Virus record (IMG/VR): IMGVR_UViG_3300017941_000198
Length of the DNA stretch: 38,836 nt
Reading direction: 5' to 3' (one strand)
Source: a virus
Part shown: one piece after another, positions 9,066 to 17,396 of the stretch
Layout of the letters: every line of letters starts with the position of its first letter
Position numbering within the stretch: the stretch's first letter is position 1
Program-made: the position numbers and the translations under genes
Notes under the pieces: model-generated
Told to the model about the DNA's origin: nothing
What the model saw: only the letters and a program-made list of their open reading frames with translations
Database searches by the model: none

Positions 9066-9382
9066 GTTCTATAGGAAACAAAATTGCTAACCGCTTCATC
9101 CGGTATCGGAATGAGTGGGTGAGAAATCCGCAAAAGAAGAGGAAAGAGTTATATGTGAAAGCCAAAAAAGTGGGCAGTTACATGAACCAAGTTGGCGTTA
9201 ATGTCGTACATAATGTTATGACTGATGCCCCGTCTGATATGATGCCTTTTAGAATGCCACAGCAAACTAGGTCCCGCGAAAGCAGGCGAGTAAGTCAAGT
9301 AAGACGGCGACGCGAGAGAATCGAGCGGAGAGGTAGAAAAAAGAGGCAACGTCAATCATCCAATCCATACCCGCTAATATAA
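9062..9382 (+). CDS. Arg-rich (protamine-like C-terminus) protein, 106 aa
   Basis: RSRESRRVSQVRRRRERIERRGRKKRQRQ; ATGA overlap. Confidence 0.75.
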   Translation: MSSIGNKIANRFIRYRNEWVRNPQKKRKELYVKAKKVGSYMNQVGVNVVHNVMTDAPSDMMPFRMPQQTRSRESRRVSQVRRRRERIERRGRKKRQRQSSNPYPLI

Positions 9383-9401
9383 GAGAAAGGAGAAAAATAA
9401 A

Positions 9402-9572
9402 GTGACATCTAAACGCAAAGTTAAACATAGAAAACAAACTCGCAAAAGAACCAGCTCTAGTAATAGTTTAACTCAGACAAACCGTTTAATCGCAGATAGC
9501 ACCCGCGCCGTTATTGGTTTAGGAGTTTTAGGTGCAACAGTAAACATAGCTAGCGGGTTACTCAAAAAATAG
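9402..9572 (+). CDS. 56-aa protein: basic N-terminus and Gly-rich hydrophobic C-terminal helix
   Basis: GTG start 9 nt after GGAG; MTSKRKVKHRKQTRKR...AVIGLGVLGATVNIASGLLKK. Confidence 0.65.
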   Translation: MTSKRKVKHRKQTRKRTSSSNSLTQTNRLIADSTRAVIGLGVLGATVNIASGLLKK

Positions 9573-9591
9573 AGCAAAAATTGTTTGTACT

Positions 9592-9795
9592 TCATTCATA
9601 AATAGTGAACTCGTTTGCATACCATTTGAAAAATAAAAATAAGCCAATACCTAATGACCCAAAGCCTACAACCGTACTCATAAAGAAGAGTGCGAACAAC
9701 CCCATGAAAGCAAGAACCATTGCAATAAATAAAGTTATCATTGCTAAAATAAGCAAAAAAAGAATGCGACTTACTTCATCTATTTTCTTTTTCAT
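9592..9795 (-). CDS. Small two-TM membrane protein
   Basis: Hydrophobic, coupled by ATGA overlap. Confidence 0.65.
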   Translation of the reverse strand: MKKKIDEVSRILFLLILAMITLFIAMVLAFMGLFALFFMSTVVGFGSLGIGLFLFFKWYANEFTIYE

Positions 9796-10004
9796 TGTTG
9801 TTTGTTCTCCTTTCCAACATGTGTAACTAGAAGATTACAGTGTATAAAGTAAAGGCTAACGCCGACTGATATTGAGATAAACGTATTAAATAATAATGGA
9901 AGATTATAGAGGTATAGCAAAACAAAAAGTATTCCCGAATAAACCAAGCCGAATAAAGCTACACGCCAAAGCCTTAATTGAATACACTCACGAATAGAAA
10001 GCAT
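9792..10004 (-). CDS. Small two-TM membrane protein
   Basis: Hydrophobic, operon-coupled. Confidence 0.6.
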   Translation of the reverse strand: MLSIRECIQLRLWRVALFGLVYSGILFVLLYLYNLPLLFNTFISISVGVSLYFIHCNLLVTHVGKENKQQ

Positions 10005-10130
10005 TATTTGTTTTCCTCTTCTTGTTGTTTCTTTTCTGCCCTCAACCGCTTAAGTTCCTCTCGCTCCCTCTTCCGATAATCACACACACTGATACACCTT
10101 CTGCCTCACAGGATCCTTGTAAGGAGTCAT
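10004..10130 (-). pseudogene. Small basic ORF interrupted by a frameshift in a (TG)n tract
   Basis: MTPYKDPVRQKVYQCV* then DYRKREREELKRLRAEKKQQEEENK* in another frame; junction is CACACACAC at 10081-10089. Confidence 0.45.
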
Positions 10131-10450
10131 GGATAATATTCACATCCATAAGTGTCATTGGCAATAACCGCATATGAAGGGTTGTAGGTAACTTTGTAAA
10201 CAACTGTAGCGTTAATGTTATGGGCGATTTGGACAAACTCAGAATAATCATGTGTTGTTTGCATTATTGCTGGGGAGTTCAAGTTTCCAGTAGCTATTTT
10301 GAAGCCGTCTGCTTTCAGCTTCGCTTCGGTAACTGTGCTGATGTTATTGGATATGCTAATAGCAATAAATATGGGTATTATGATTACCACAATGCATATA
10401 GCAATTAAAACCAAAAGTGGTGTCACTAAGCCTTTATTATTTTTGTACAT
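10127..10450 (-). CDS. Class III (type IV pilin-like) signal-peptide protein
   Basis: MYKNNKG|LVTPLLVLIAICIVVIIIP: K-G cleavage motif, hydrophobic helix, small globular domain with sequons NIS and NAT. Confidence 0.65.
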   Translation of the reverse strand: MYKNNKGLVTPLLVLIAICIVVIIIPIFIAISISNNISTVTEAKLKADGFKIATGNLNSPAIMQTTHDYSEFVQIAHNINATVVYKVTYNPSYAVIANDTYGCEYYP

Positions 10451-10532
10451 TTTTACGGTGACTTCCTTTGTTCATTTATTATATATGCGAAAGCTAATCC
10501 GATTAGGAAAGCTATTTCTATTATTATTTCAA

Positions 10533-10775
10533 TCATTTTTGTTTACTCTCCTGTTTCTTACTCCAAAAGGAAGGAAGCGATGCCAACGCAATAATTGCGC
10601 CTATAAGTAAACACGCTAGGCCACCAACGATTAACCAACTAGACAATAGAGCATACAGATTATTGAGAGCGATATTCTGTAGAGTTAATAGTCCGAAGCC
10701 GATAAGTCCAAGTGCAGCGAAAATGCAACTGACTGCCATTGTTGTGTATCCAGTTTTTAGTTTGTTTGCTTTCAC
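10533..10775 (-). CDS. Small two-TM membrane protein
   Basis: GTG 9 nt after GGAGG; two hydrophobic helices. Confidence 0.7.
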   Translation of the reverse strand: MKANKLKTGYTTMAVSCIFAALGLIGFGLLTLQNIALNNLYALLSSWLIVGGLACLLIGAIIALASLPSFWSKKQESKQK

Positions 10776-10776
10776 T

Positions 10777-10989
10777 TTATTTTTCCTCCTTGTTGACTGT
10801 TTTGTCGTAACTGGTGAAATCTCCTACAAAAGCACCTACAAAAGCAATCATAACCATAACGAATATAGCGGTAACAAAATATTGCCCTACATAAACAAAA
10901 GTTTCTTTTGAAAGAATAATTGTCACCATCATCGCTCCAAGCAAAGTTAATGCTCCAAAGAATCCTATCTTGAATATTTTGTATGTCAT
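10777..10989 (-). CDS. Small two-TM membrane protein
   Basis: Two hydrophobic helices; coupled to the RHH gene. Confidence 0.7.
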   Translation of the reverse strand: MTYKIFKIGFFGALTLLGAMMVTIILSKETFVYVGQYFVTAIFVMVMIAFVGAFVGDFTSYDKTVNKEEK

Positions 10990-11126
10990 TTCTCGTCACC
11001 ACTTTTTGTGGCAAAATAAAGTTCTAGCGCTTGGTTAATGTAGATGCTGAGATCGCCTTTTTTTCTGTTAAGTGTTCTTAATTTATCGTTGTTAGCTTTT
11101 GTTAAGTTGACTGTTATTCTGCACAT
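10986..11126 (-). CDS. Ribbon-helix-helix (CopG/MetJ-like) regulator, 46 aa
   Basis: Hand translation MCRITVNLTKANNDKLRTLNRKKGDLSIYINQALELYFATKSGDEK. Confidence 0.7.
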   Translation of the reverse strand: MCRITVNLTKANNDKLRTLNRKKGDLSIYINQALELYFATKSGDEK

Positions 11127-11130
11127 TATT

Positions 11131-11168
11131 TAATCACATAATCACATATACGCTTAATCTTAATAAGG
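11131..11168 (-). promoter_or_regulatory. Promoter/operator of the RHH operon: tandem TAATCACA x2 and an upstream TTATTAA box
   Basis: TAATCACATAATCACATA at 11131-11148, immediately upstream of ATG 11126. Confidence 0.5.
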
Positions 11169-11458
11169 TTTGTTAAAACATTTCTTTTAGGGGTTTACTG
11201 CAACCACCAAGGCAAACCAGTTTCATTAATCGACTTAACAGGCACATGAATGACATAAGGCTGAAGCAACCACAAAGCAACCGTGAACGCTACCGCAAAA
11301 ACAACCGATAAAACCGCAGCCCTTGGAAATCTCACAATCGTTTGTTATTCACCTTTGTTGCTAGTTATAGATTCTGTATAGTTGGCTAATTAAGTCGTAT
11401 CTTGTACAACGATATTTATGTTCATCAAGATTCCAAAGTTTCTCTTTCTCTCTGACTC

Positions 11459-11653
11459 TTAATCGCATGTTTTTGTCACTTTCTTACGAAATTTACGACT
11501 TACTGCGAGTAAGTTAGTTTCCAGAAAAGCCAATACTAAACTTATTCCGAATATCATCCAGTAATTTAAGGTGAAGAATATAAAATATTTCACGAGTGAA
11601 CCGCAAACAAAATTTATGATTGTCCAAATGACATACAATTTCTCTGTAGTCAT
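11459..11653 (-). CDS. Small two-TM membrane protein
   Basis: Hydrophobic; ATGA-type overlap. Confidence 0.65.
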   Translation of the reverse strand: MTTEKLYVIWTIINFVCGSLVKYFIFFTLNYWMIFGISLVLAFLETNLLAVSRKFRKKVTKTCD

Positions 11654-11916
11654 GTTGTAACTGCCTGAAACAAAGTTTCAATCGCAAAGTAACAGAAGCC
11701 GACAATCAAAAACCCAAGTAAACATTTCCAGCTCCTAGCATTACGGTAAATGTATAGTAACCCGAAAAACCCAATCAAAACAAACCCTCCGAAAAAAGGC
11801 GCTATCGTAGCAAAACGGTATTCAGCGATTGAACTTGCACCAAAAATGTAAGATTTCAAATCATCTAAGCCTCCAGACAACAAAAAAACACAAAACAGAA
11901 TCACAGAAGCAACCAA
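11650..11916 (-). CDS. Small multi-TM membrane protein (possible ATT start at 11934)
   Basis: Hydrophobic helices; GGAG 11 nt before an in-frame ATT. Confidence 0.65.
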   Translation of the reverse strand: MVASVILFCVFLLSGGLDDLKSYIFGASSIAEYRFATIAPFFGGFVLIGFFGLLYIYRNARSWKCLLGFLIVGFCYFAIETLFQAVTT

Positions 11917-11939
11917 AAGTTTCCGTATCTTAATTTTGC

Positions 11940-12209
11940 TTAACTCTCCTGAACTACTAAGTCAATAGTAGTATACTTACTAAGCATACTACGCAGTATT
12001 GGAATTTCTTTCAATGGTTTACCAAAAATCTTTCCAGTTGGCAATACTTGAATTTGATATGAGCCAATCTTACCTTTTTTGTTTGGATCACTAAGTTCTG
12101 TTTTAGGTACATAAACTGTGAAATGGTATATACCCATATCCAAATCTTTTTGTGGAATATGAACAGTAAAATATCCAGCTTTGAAATTATCTGATTTTAC
12201 TTCACTCAT
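11940..12209 (-). CDS. Hypothetical soluble protein, 89 aa
   Basis: ATG ORF in operon. Confidence 0.65.
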   Translation of the reverse strand: MSEVKSDNFKAGYFTVHIPQKDLDMGIYHFTVYVPKTELSDPNKKGKIGSYQIQVLPTGKIFGKPLKEIPILRSMLSKYTTIDLVVQES

Positions 12210-12285
12210 TCTTTCGCTTCCTTGTCGATTTTAAGACTTTGAGTTTTGCGGTCCTTGGCTTTTATTGAACTACGAAATTTCTTCA

Positions 12286-13365
12286 TTAAGCTCCAGCTCC
12301 AGGTTGCGCCCATTGACCGCCCCAACCAAACGAAAACGCAAAGTAACTTATCATGTAAACAACAAAAATATCCAGCAACGCCAAAACAAACACAAGCTTC
12401 CACCTGCCCTTTAACCCAGCTATTCCTACGCCAGCAAAGATTGACAAGGGCAAGCTAACGTAGTGAAGCCATCGGTCAGCCCAGAACGGCAACATAATTA
12501 AGTTGCCAAGTAAACCCCAAAGCACCAACTTCTCAAAATCACTTTTGCCCCGCTTAAACAAGAAAGGAATCCCCAGCATTGAAGCACCCATATAATAAGG
12601 AATGAAGCCTACTGGATCAGTCCAGAAAAGATGCTCCTGCGGATTCTCAGTTAAGCCGTAGCCTCCCCACTTCTGAACTGCACCGCCAATATATAACACT
12701 GATATAACCAGTACAGGAAGCACAGCTAAAGTAGCAGCAACAATAGTTTTTCGCCAAGCCTTATCCCTCAACTTATACAGGGCTAAACCATACACGTTGC
12801 TTAAAGCCGCTATCCCATGACTATACACCGTGACCAAAGCGTACCCGACAAACCTTACTTTCTTAGCACCCAACAATGCAGCCACAATCAAAGGGTACAA
12901 CAGCAAATCAAGACTTTCAGGACGCACCTGCAACGCACCATCAAAGAAACTCCAACTTGCAAACAAAACCATCCCCGTAAACACAGCCGCTTTAGGCGAA
13001 CCAAAGCGATAGACAAGCCACATAGTAGCCGCTAAAGTACAAGGCAAAAACAACACTTGCAAAACACGAGCAAATAAATAAGCCTGGCCAAACCAAACCG
13101 AAGGAACCAACAAAAACTCAAATAAGCTAACATAGAAACCATAAGGAAACTTTATGTCAGCTAAATTATAGTTTACAGCACCAGAAATGTTACCTTTAGC
13201 CAACAGTTGAGCTATTGAAAGGTGATAAAAAAAATCAGCGCCGACCGGATAAGTTGTGGAGAGAACAACCGCTAAAGTAGATGCAAATGCTACAGCAATA
13301 ATTAGGATGCAGAGAAACCAAAAAGGCTTAGTTACCTGAAGTTTCCGCATTTTTACGCCACTCAT
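12286..13365 (-). CDS. GT-C-fold (PMT/ArnT/AglB-like) membrane glycosyltransferase
   Basis: About 9-10 TM helices; external loop YPVGADFFYH after TM1; loops RPESLD and DRWLHY. Confidence 0.65.
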   Translation of the reverse strand: MSGVKMRKLQVTKPFWFLCILIIAVAFASTLAVVLSTTYPVGADFFYHLSIAQLLAKGNISGAVNYNLADIKFPYGFYVSLFEFLLVPSVWFGQAYLFARVLQVLFLPCTLAATMWLVYRFGSPKAAVFTGMVLFASWSFFDGALQVRPESLDLLLYPLIVAALLGAKKVRFVGYALVTVYSHGIAALSNVYGLALYKLRDKAWRKTIVAATLAVLPVLVISVLYIGGAVQKWGGYGLTENPQEHLFWTDPVGFIPYYMGASMLGIPFLFKRGKSDFEKLVLWGLLGNLIMLPFWADRWLHYVSLPLSIFAGVGIAGLKGRWKLVFVLALLDIFVVYMISYFAFSFGWGGQWAQPGAGA

Positions 13366-13645
13366 GCAAATCTAACTGTTCTCTAAGACTTAGCTTCTTC
13401 CATTGCCCTAGCTTACCAAGTCGAAGTCTCAACTGCACAGCTTTAACATAAGCCAAAACACAGATAACAAACTCAGCAACCATACAAACACCGAAAATAT
13501 CAGCTAAAACTAAACTACTAATGTTAAGAGCAAAAATAGCCATAACAATGCCAACCAAACCTGCAAAAAGAGAACTATCCAGCAATCTAAGCACTTCATT
13601 TTGAGTTATGGGTTTTTTCTCCGTGATTTTCACCACCTTAAGCAT
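13328..13645 (-). CDS. Two-TM membrane protein
   Basis: Hydrophobic core, operon-coupled. Confidence 0.7.
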   Translation of the reverse strand: MLKVVKITEKKPITQNEVLRLLDSSLFAGLVGIVMAIFALNISSLVLADIFGVCMVAEFVICVLAYVKAVQLRLRLGKLGQWKKLSLREQLDLHEWRKNAETSGN

Positions 13646-13648
13646 TCA

Positions 13649-13801
13649 TTAAATCAGCAACAGCAAGAAGCCTGAGTGCTGACTCAAAAGCCAAGCCGCA
13701 ATCACAAAAGAAGCAATAACAGCACAAATAGCGAAAGCTGACCATATAGTTATATCCTTATACCACTTATGTAACTTAGCTTTCAAATCAGCCCAATTCA
13801 T
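13649..13801 (-). CDS. 50-aa membrane peptide paralogous to the C-terminus of the upstream 239-aa protein
   Basis: Hand translation MNWADLKAKLHKWYKDITIWSAFAICAVIASFVIAAWLLSQHSGFLLLLI. Confidence 0.65.
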   Translation of the reverse strand: MNWADLKAKLHKWYKDITIWSAFAICAVIASFVIAAWLLSQHSGFLLLLI

Positions 13802-13802
13802 T

Positions 13803-14522
13803 TTAGATTAGCGCCAACAGGAAACTTGAGTGCTGAGTTAACAAGTAAACAATCAGCCCCAAACTGCCAATCACCATAACCGCTGCAATCGCCAAGTAAA
13901 TAATTTTCATCTGCTCCTTACCAGCCATCTTAATCCCCTTAATCTTGCTATAAGTATGCAAAGCATCAAGTTGAGTCTGCGTTAAAGTCTCTGGAATAAT
14001 CTCTCTTATCCGAGTCAAGTCAGCATGGGCCACAGTAGAAATATTCGTAAGCATAGGTTGATTGACACACCCAACAAACAAGGGCTTACCAACACCTTCC
14101 AAAATAGGACACTGCAAAACCTCAGTTAACGCTTCACGGCTATCTTTACTTAAAACATCTATAGCTTTGCCATCTTGAGTTTGAGCCTTTTCTTCATTAC
14201 TTGGCCTTCCAGGTCCACGCTGAGAAGTAGTGTTGCCAAGGTAAGGAGTTTGAGGACGCAAAAACCATTTACCCCTAATCAAAAACAATCCTTCCGGCAG
14301 TTCTCCATTGCTAAAAAGTAGCCGAACCACATTATTATCTTGAATCAACGCTGCCAACCCCTTGGACCACTTCATTGCCCTAGCATGTTTAGCGAAAGAA
14401 GTCATAATGAAAAACTCATGGACCGTAATCACAATTACAAAAGCGATTCCTACTGCTATGGCAATAAAGAACCACATAAATGCGGGTAAACCTAGAAACG
14501 TGTTTAATTCTTCAAGAGCCAA
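13803..14522 (-). CDS. 239-aa protein with N- and C-terminal TM helices (putative morphogenesis protein)
   Basis: TTG start after GAGG; TM at both ends. Confidence 0.8.
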   Translation of the reverse strand: MALEELNTFLGLPAFMWFFIAIAVGIAFVIVITVHEFFIMTSFAKHARAMKWSKGLAALIQDNNVVRLLFSNGELPEGLFLIRGKWFLRPQTPYLGNTTSQRGPGRPSNEEKAQTQDGKAIDVLSKDSREALTEVLQCPILEGVGKPLFVGCVNQPMLTNISTVAHADLTRIREIIPETLTQTQLDALHTYSKIKGIKMAGKEQMKIIYLAIAAVMVIGSLGLIVYLLTQHSSFLLALI

Positions 14523-14536
14523 CCTTAATCAACCTC

Positions 14537-15004
14537 TTACTTTTTCTTGTTCAAATCCACTTCTAACCGTCTTACTTGCTCAGTTATCAAGTGGCCTTTC
14601 CAACCGTCTTTTCCATCCGTAATCTGTGTTTCCGCAAGGATTTCTAAGCCTTGAAAAATTCCCATAGCACCCTGCTCATAAATGCTCGGCTCCATCGTTA
14701 ACTTAGCCATAGTGAAAAGAATCTGGAAATCATAGTACATTATTTCAGCTTCATGGTTACTTAGCTTAGTTGTTCGATTCACAGACTGAAACGCTGGCAC
14801 AAACATGCGTAGATGCGGATGCTCCATAAAGAACTGCTCCATAGTTGGACTATTCAGCAAGTAACCGATTTTGCCTATCATAGCAACATAATCTTGCTCT
14901 GGGCTAGAAGTATTTGGGTTCGCCATGTCTTGATGCGCTGCGGCAGCACTGAAGTCAAAAGCTTTATCGTCTTTTTTGCGTAGCCAACCTAACGGATTAA
15001 CCAC
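14537..15004 (-). CDS. Hypothetical helical protein, 155 aa
   Basis: GTG start with GAGG RBS and upstream AAAATTATATAAG box. Confidence 0.8.
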   Translation of the reverse strand: MVNPLGWLRKKDDKAFDFSAAAAHQDMANPNTSSPEQDYVAMIGKIGYLLNSPTMEQFFMEHPHLRMFVPAFQSVNRTTKLSNHEAEIMYYDFQILFTMAKLTMEPSIYEQGAMGIFQGLEILAETQITDGKDGWKGHLITEQVRRLEVDLNKKK

Positions 15005-15136
15005 TTTTAAACCTCTAATAATTAATTTAATTACATGTTAATGCTTATATAATTTTCCTAATTTGTAACATCTTTTTGGGAAAATACCAATAAACTTAAA
15101 AATAATACAACATAATTAAACTAATAGGACTAATTT

Positions 15137-15529
15137 ATGACTGAACGCCGAAGTAACGACCAAAACCCAAGCGGAATATGGCAAGGTATCTGGGCAAACC
15201 TATATAACCAATTTTTTGAGCAAATGACATTCGGCAATTACTCCGCGGCATGGGACACAGCATTATCTATTCAAACTGTGATTCCCCCAGACTGCCAAGA
15301 AGACACCAAAGAAGAATATGATAAAGTTTCTCAAGTATTCGCGAAACCTATTTCTTCTTTCCATTATGCATCTGCGCTTCAACAAAAACATCGACAAATC
15401 AACATAGAGACACCAAAGGTACTGAGGGATTTAATTAGAGCTGTTACAAAGAGCCTCTATGACAAAGGTTGGATAAACAAAGATTTTACCGCAAAACCAA
15501 AAGAAACTAGACCCGAAGGTAAACTCTAA
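15137..15529 (+). CDS. Hypothetical protein, 130 aa, coupled to the ATPase
   Basis: TAATG overlap with the ATPase. Confidence 0.8.
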   Translation: MTERRSNDQNPSGIWQGIWANLYNQFFEQMTFGNYSAAWDTALSIQTVIPPDCQEDTKEEYDKVSQVFAKPISSFHYASALQQKHRQINIETPKVLRDLIRAVTKSLYDKGWINKDFTAKPKETRPEGKL

Positions 15530-16575
15530 TGAATAGTGACCCAGCACCAACTCAAGAACAAATAGATGCAGAAATCGCAAAGTTATCTGAAGAGGTAGCA
15601 ACAACGATAGATGTTAACCTTAAGCAAAAGTTCAAAGAAGAAATGAAGTACAAGGTTATCCGTGACGTTTGGCACGCAATCTTAGATGATTCATGGATGT
15701 ACGTGGTAGTATGGAGCGAACCACGCAAAGGAAAAACCACGTGCAAAATGCGAATAGCCTATACCATTTATCACGATTGGGAAATGGTTTTAGATTGTAT
15801 CTTTTTCAACTTATCCGGCTTACTCCACAAAATGAACCATAATTTACCCCTGAGAATTTTAGAGCAAAGACACCGACTTCACAACAGAATACCAATGTTG
15901 ATTGGTGATGATTGGGGAGCGCAAGGTAACAAGGCAAAGACAAGAGATGAACCTGCTTGGGACTTACTTAAGGGTGCTTGGGATACGTACGCAACAAAAA
16001 TATCATGCGTATTTGTTAGCATGAACCAACCAGACGAAATAACAAAACAATTAGCTAGCAAATATACACATGAACTCTACTTACCGACTAGAGGAATAGC
16101 TAAATATGATTCTGTTGGCTGGAACCAAAACTTTTATGGTTGGCAACCATACCAAGATAAAGATTGGAAACAAAGTTTCGAGTTTGATGAAGTACCATTA
16201 GATATTTATAAGCGTTATGATGAACAAAGAATGAGCCTAGTTGATGAACTAAACATAGCAATAGAAGACAAAATAATTGAGAATGACTTAGAACGAACCA
16301 TAAAAAGAATGATACCAGGAGATTATGATTTGTTGCAAACGATTTATCAAGAAGGACCAATGAGCGAATATGATATTAAAAACACCAATGATCCAGAAAC
16401 AATCAAGGAAGCTATCAAACGCTGTAGGGCAAGAAACCTTTTAGTGACAGTTAGAGGCGCTGGGAGTCATTATAAGCAAGACCTAACAAATTTAGGGTTA
16501 GAAATTCTTAAGGTTAAGCATCTGCAAACCGTTGATCCAAAAGAACTAAAGAGACAGCTACATGCACAAGATTAA
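15529..16575 (+). CDS. P-loop ATPase with a C-terminal winged-helix domain (putative packaging/assembly ATPase)
   Basis: Walker A variant SEPRKGKTT, Walker B MLIGDD; C-terminal LLQTIYQEGPMS...DLTNLGLEIL is wHTH-like. Confidence 0.75.
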   Translation: MNSDPAPTQEQIDAEIAKLSEEVATTIDVNLKQKFKEEMKYKVIRDVWHAILDDSWMYVVVWSEPRKGKTTCKMRIAYTIYHDWEMVLDCIFFNLSGLLHKMNHNLPLRILEQRHRLHNRIPMLIGDDWGAQGNKAKTRDEPAWDLLKGAWDTYATKISCVFVSMNQPDEITKQLASKYTHELYLPTRGIAKYDSVGWNQNFYGWQPYQDKDWKQSFEFDEVPLDIYKRYDEQRMSLVDELNIAIEDKIIENDLERTIKRMIPGDYDLLQTIYQEGPMSEYDIKNTNDPETIKEAIKRCRARNLLVTVRGAGSHYKQDLTNLGLEILKVKHLQTVDPKELKRQLHAQD

Positions 16576-16695
16576 ACTTTAAATAAAAATATTGTAGCGG
16601 AATTTGCGTTTTTTGCGTTTCTTACGGGTGTATAGATATATAGTAAATCTAAATAAAGGACAAAACGCTCTCCATTTCGTTTTTACCATGTTGTT

Positions 16696-16727
16696 TTTAC
16701 AAAAGGTAGTTTTGTAAAGTTTAAATA
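16696..16727. promoter_or_regulatory. Inverted repeat TTTACAAAA-ggtag-TTTTGTAAA abutting TATA box TTTAAATA upstream of the recombinase
   Basis: Arms 16696-16704 and 16710-16718; TATA 16720-16727. Confidence 0.55.
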
Positions 16728-16749
16728 GTTGATATACATAACTAAAAGT

Positions 16750-17379
16750 ATGGCAACAAAAGAGTTTAGAGGTCAACCAATCAAAGACCTTAAAGGTTAC
16801 ATGACTGAGCAACAAGTAAAGAAACTAATTGACTCAGCAACAAGACCCGACTTCAAAATGTTTCTAAGATTACTATGGGTAACAGGAGCAAGAGTATCCG
16901 AAATCTTAGGTGACAAATCCTGGTACAAAGAAAGAATCTATAATCCAGCTAAAGTTAACGATGTCCTTTTTGATGAAGGTATAATCATTCTAAACTTACT
17001 CAAGCGTAAACAGTATCCGCCACCACAGCATCGAGTAGCTTTAGATAAGATTACTTTGCAAAACCTCAAAGACTATATTTTAACTGAAAAACTCAAGCCT
17101 AACGATCCACTCTTTAAGTTCAGTAGAGGCACAGCTTTTTACCTTCTAAGAAAACTTGGCAACCAAATTGGAATAATAAAAGTTGGAGCCAAAAAACTGC
17201 ATAACCACCACTTTAGACACAGCCATTGCGTAGCCTACATAAGAAAAAATAACACTATGGAAGGATTAAGAAAACTTCAAGAACAAATAGGTCATGCTTC
17301 CATTAGCACAACGGCAGGTTACTTACAGTTTGGTGAAGAGGCACAAAAGGAAGCTGAAGATGTATTTGGAAAGTGGTAA
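16750..17379 (+). CDS. Short XerC/D-like tyrosine recombinase (catalytic domain only)
   Basis: TGARVSE, HHFRHS, IGHASISTTAGY; ATG at 16750 preferred over the track's 16729. Confidence 0.92.
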   Translation: MATKEFRGQPIKDLKGYMTEQQVKKLIDSATRPDFKMFLRLLWVTGARVSEILGDKSWYKERIYNPAKVNDVLFDEGIIILNLLKRKQYPPPQHRVALDKITLQNLKDYILTEKLKPNDPLFKFSRGTAFYLLRKLGNQIGIIKVGAKKLHNHHFRHSHCVAYIRKNNTMEGLRKLQEQIGHASISTTAGYLQFGEEAQKEAEDVFGKW

Positions 17380-17396
17380 AAAATTGGTGACAAAAC

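Noticed and set aside
10772-11014. Track ORF MPQKVV... (80 aa)
   Set aside because: Overlaps 10777-10989 and the RHH gene, which have proper RBS and coupling
13803-15004. Orthology to SSV1 B277 and A154
   Set aside because: Only size and position are similar; no motif recognised, so no names were assigned
16628-16652. TATAGATATATAGTAAATCTAAA as an archaeal dif site
   Set aside because: Arms match weakly and the spacer is too short
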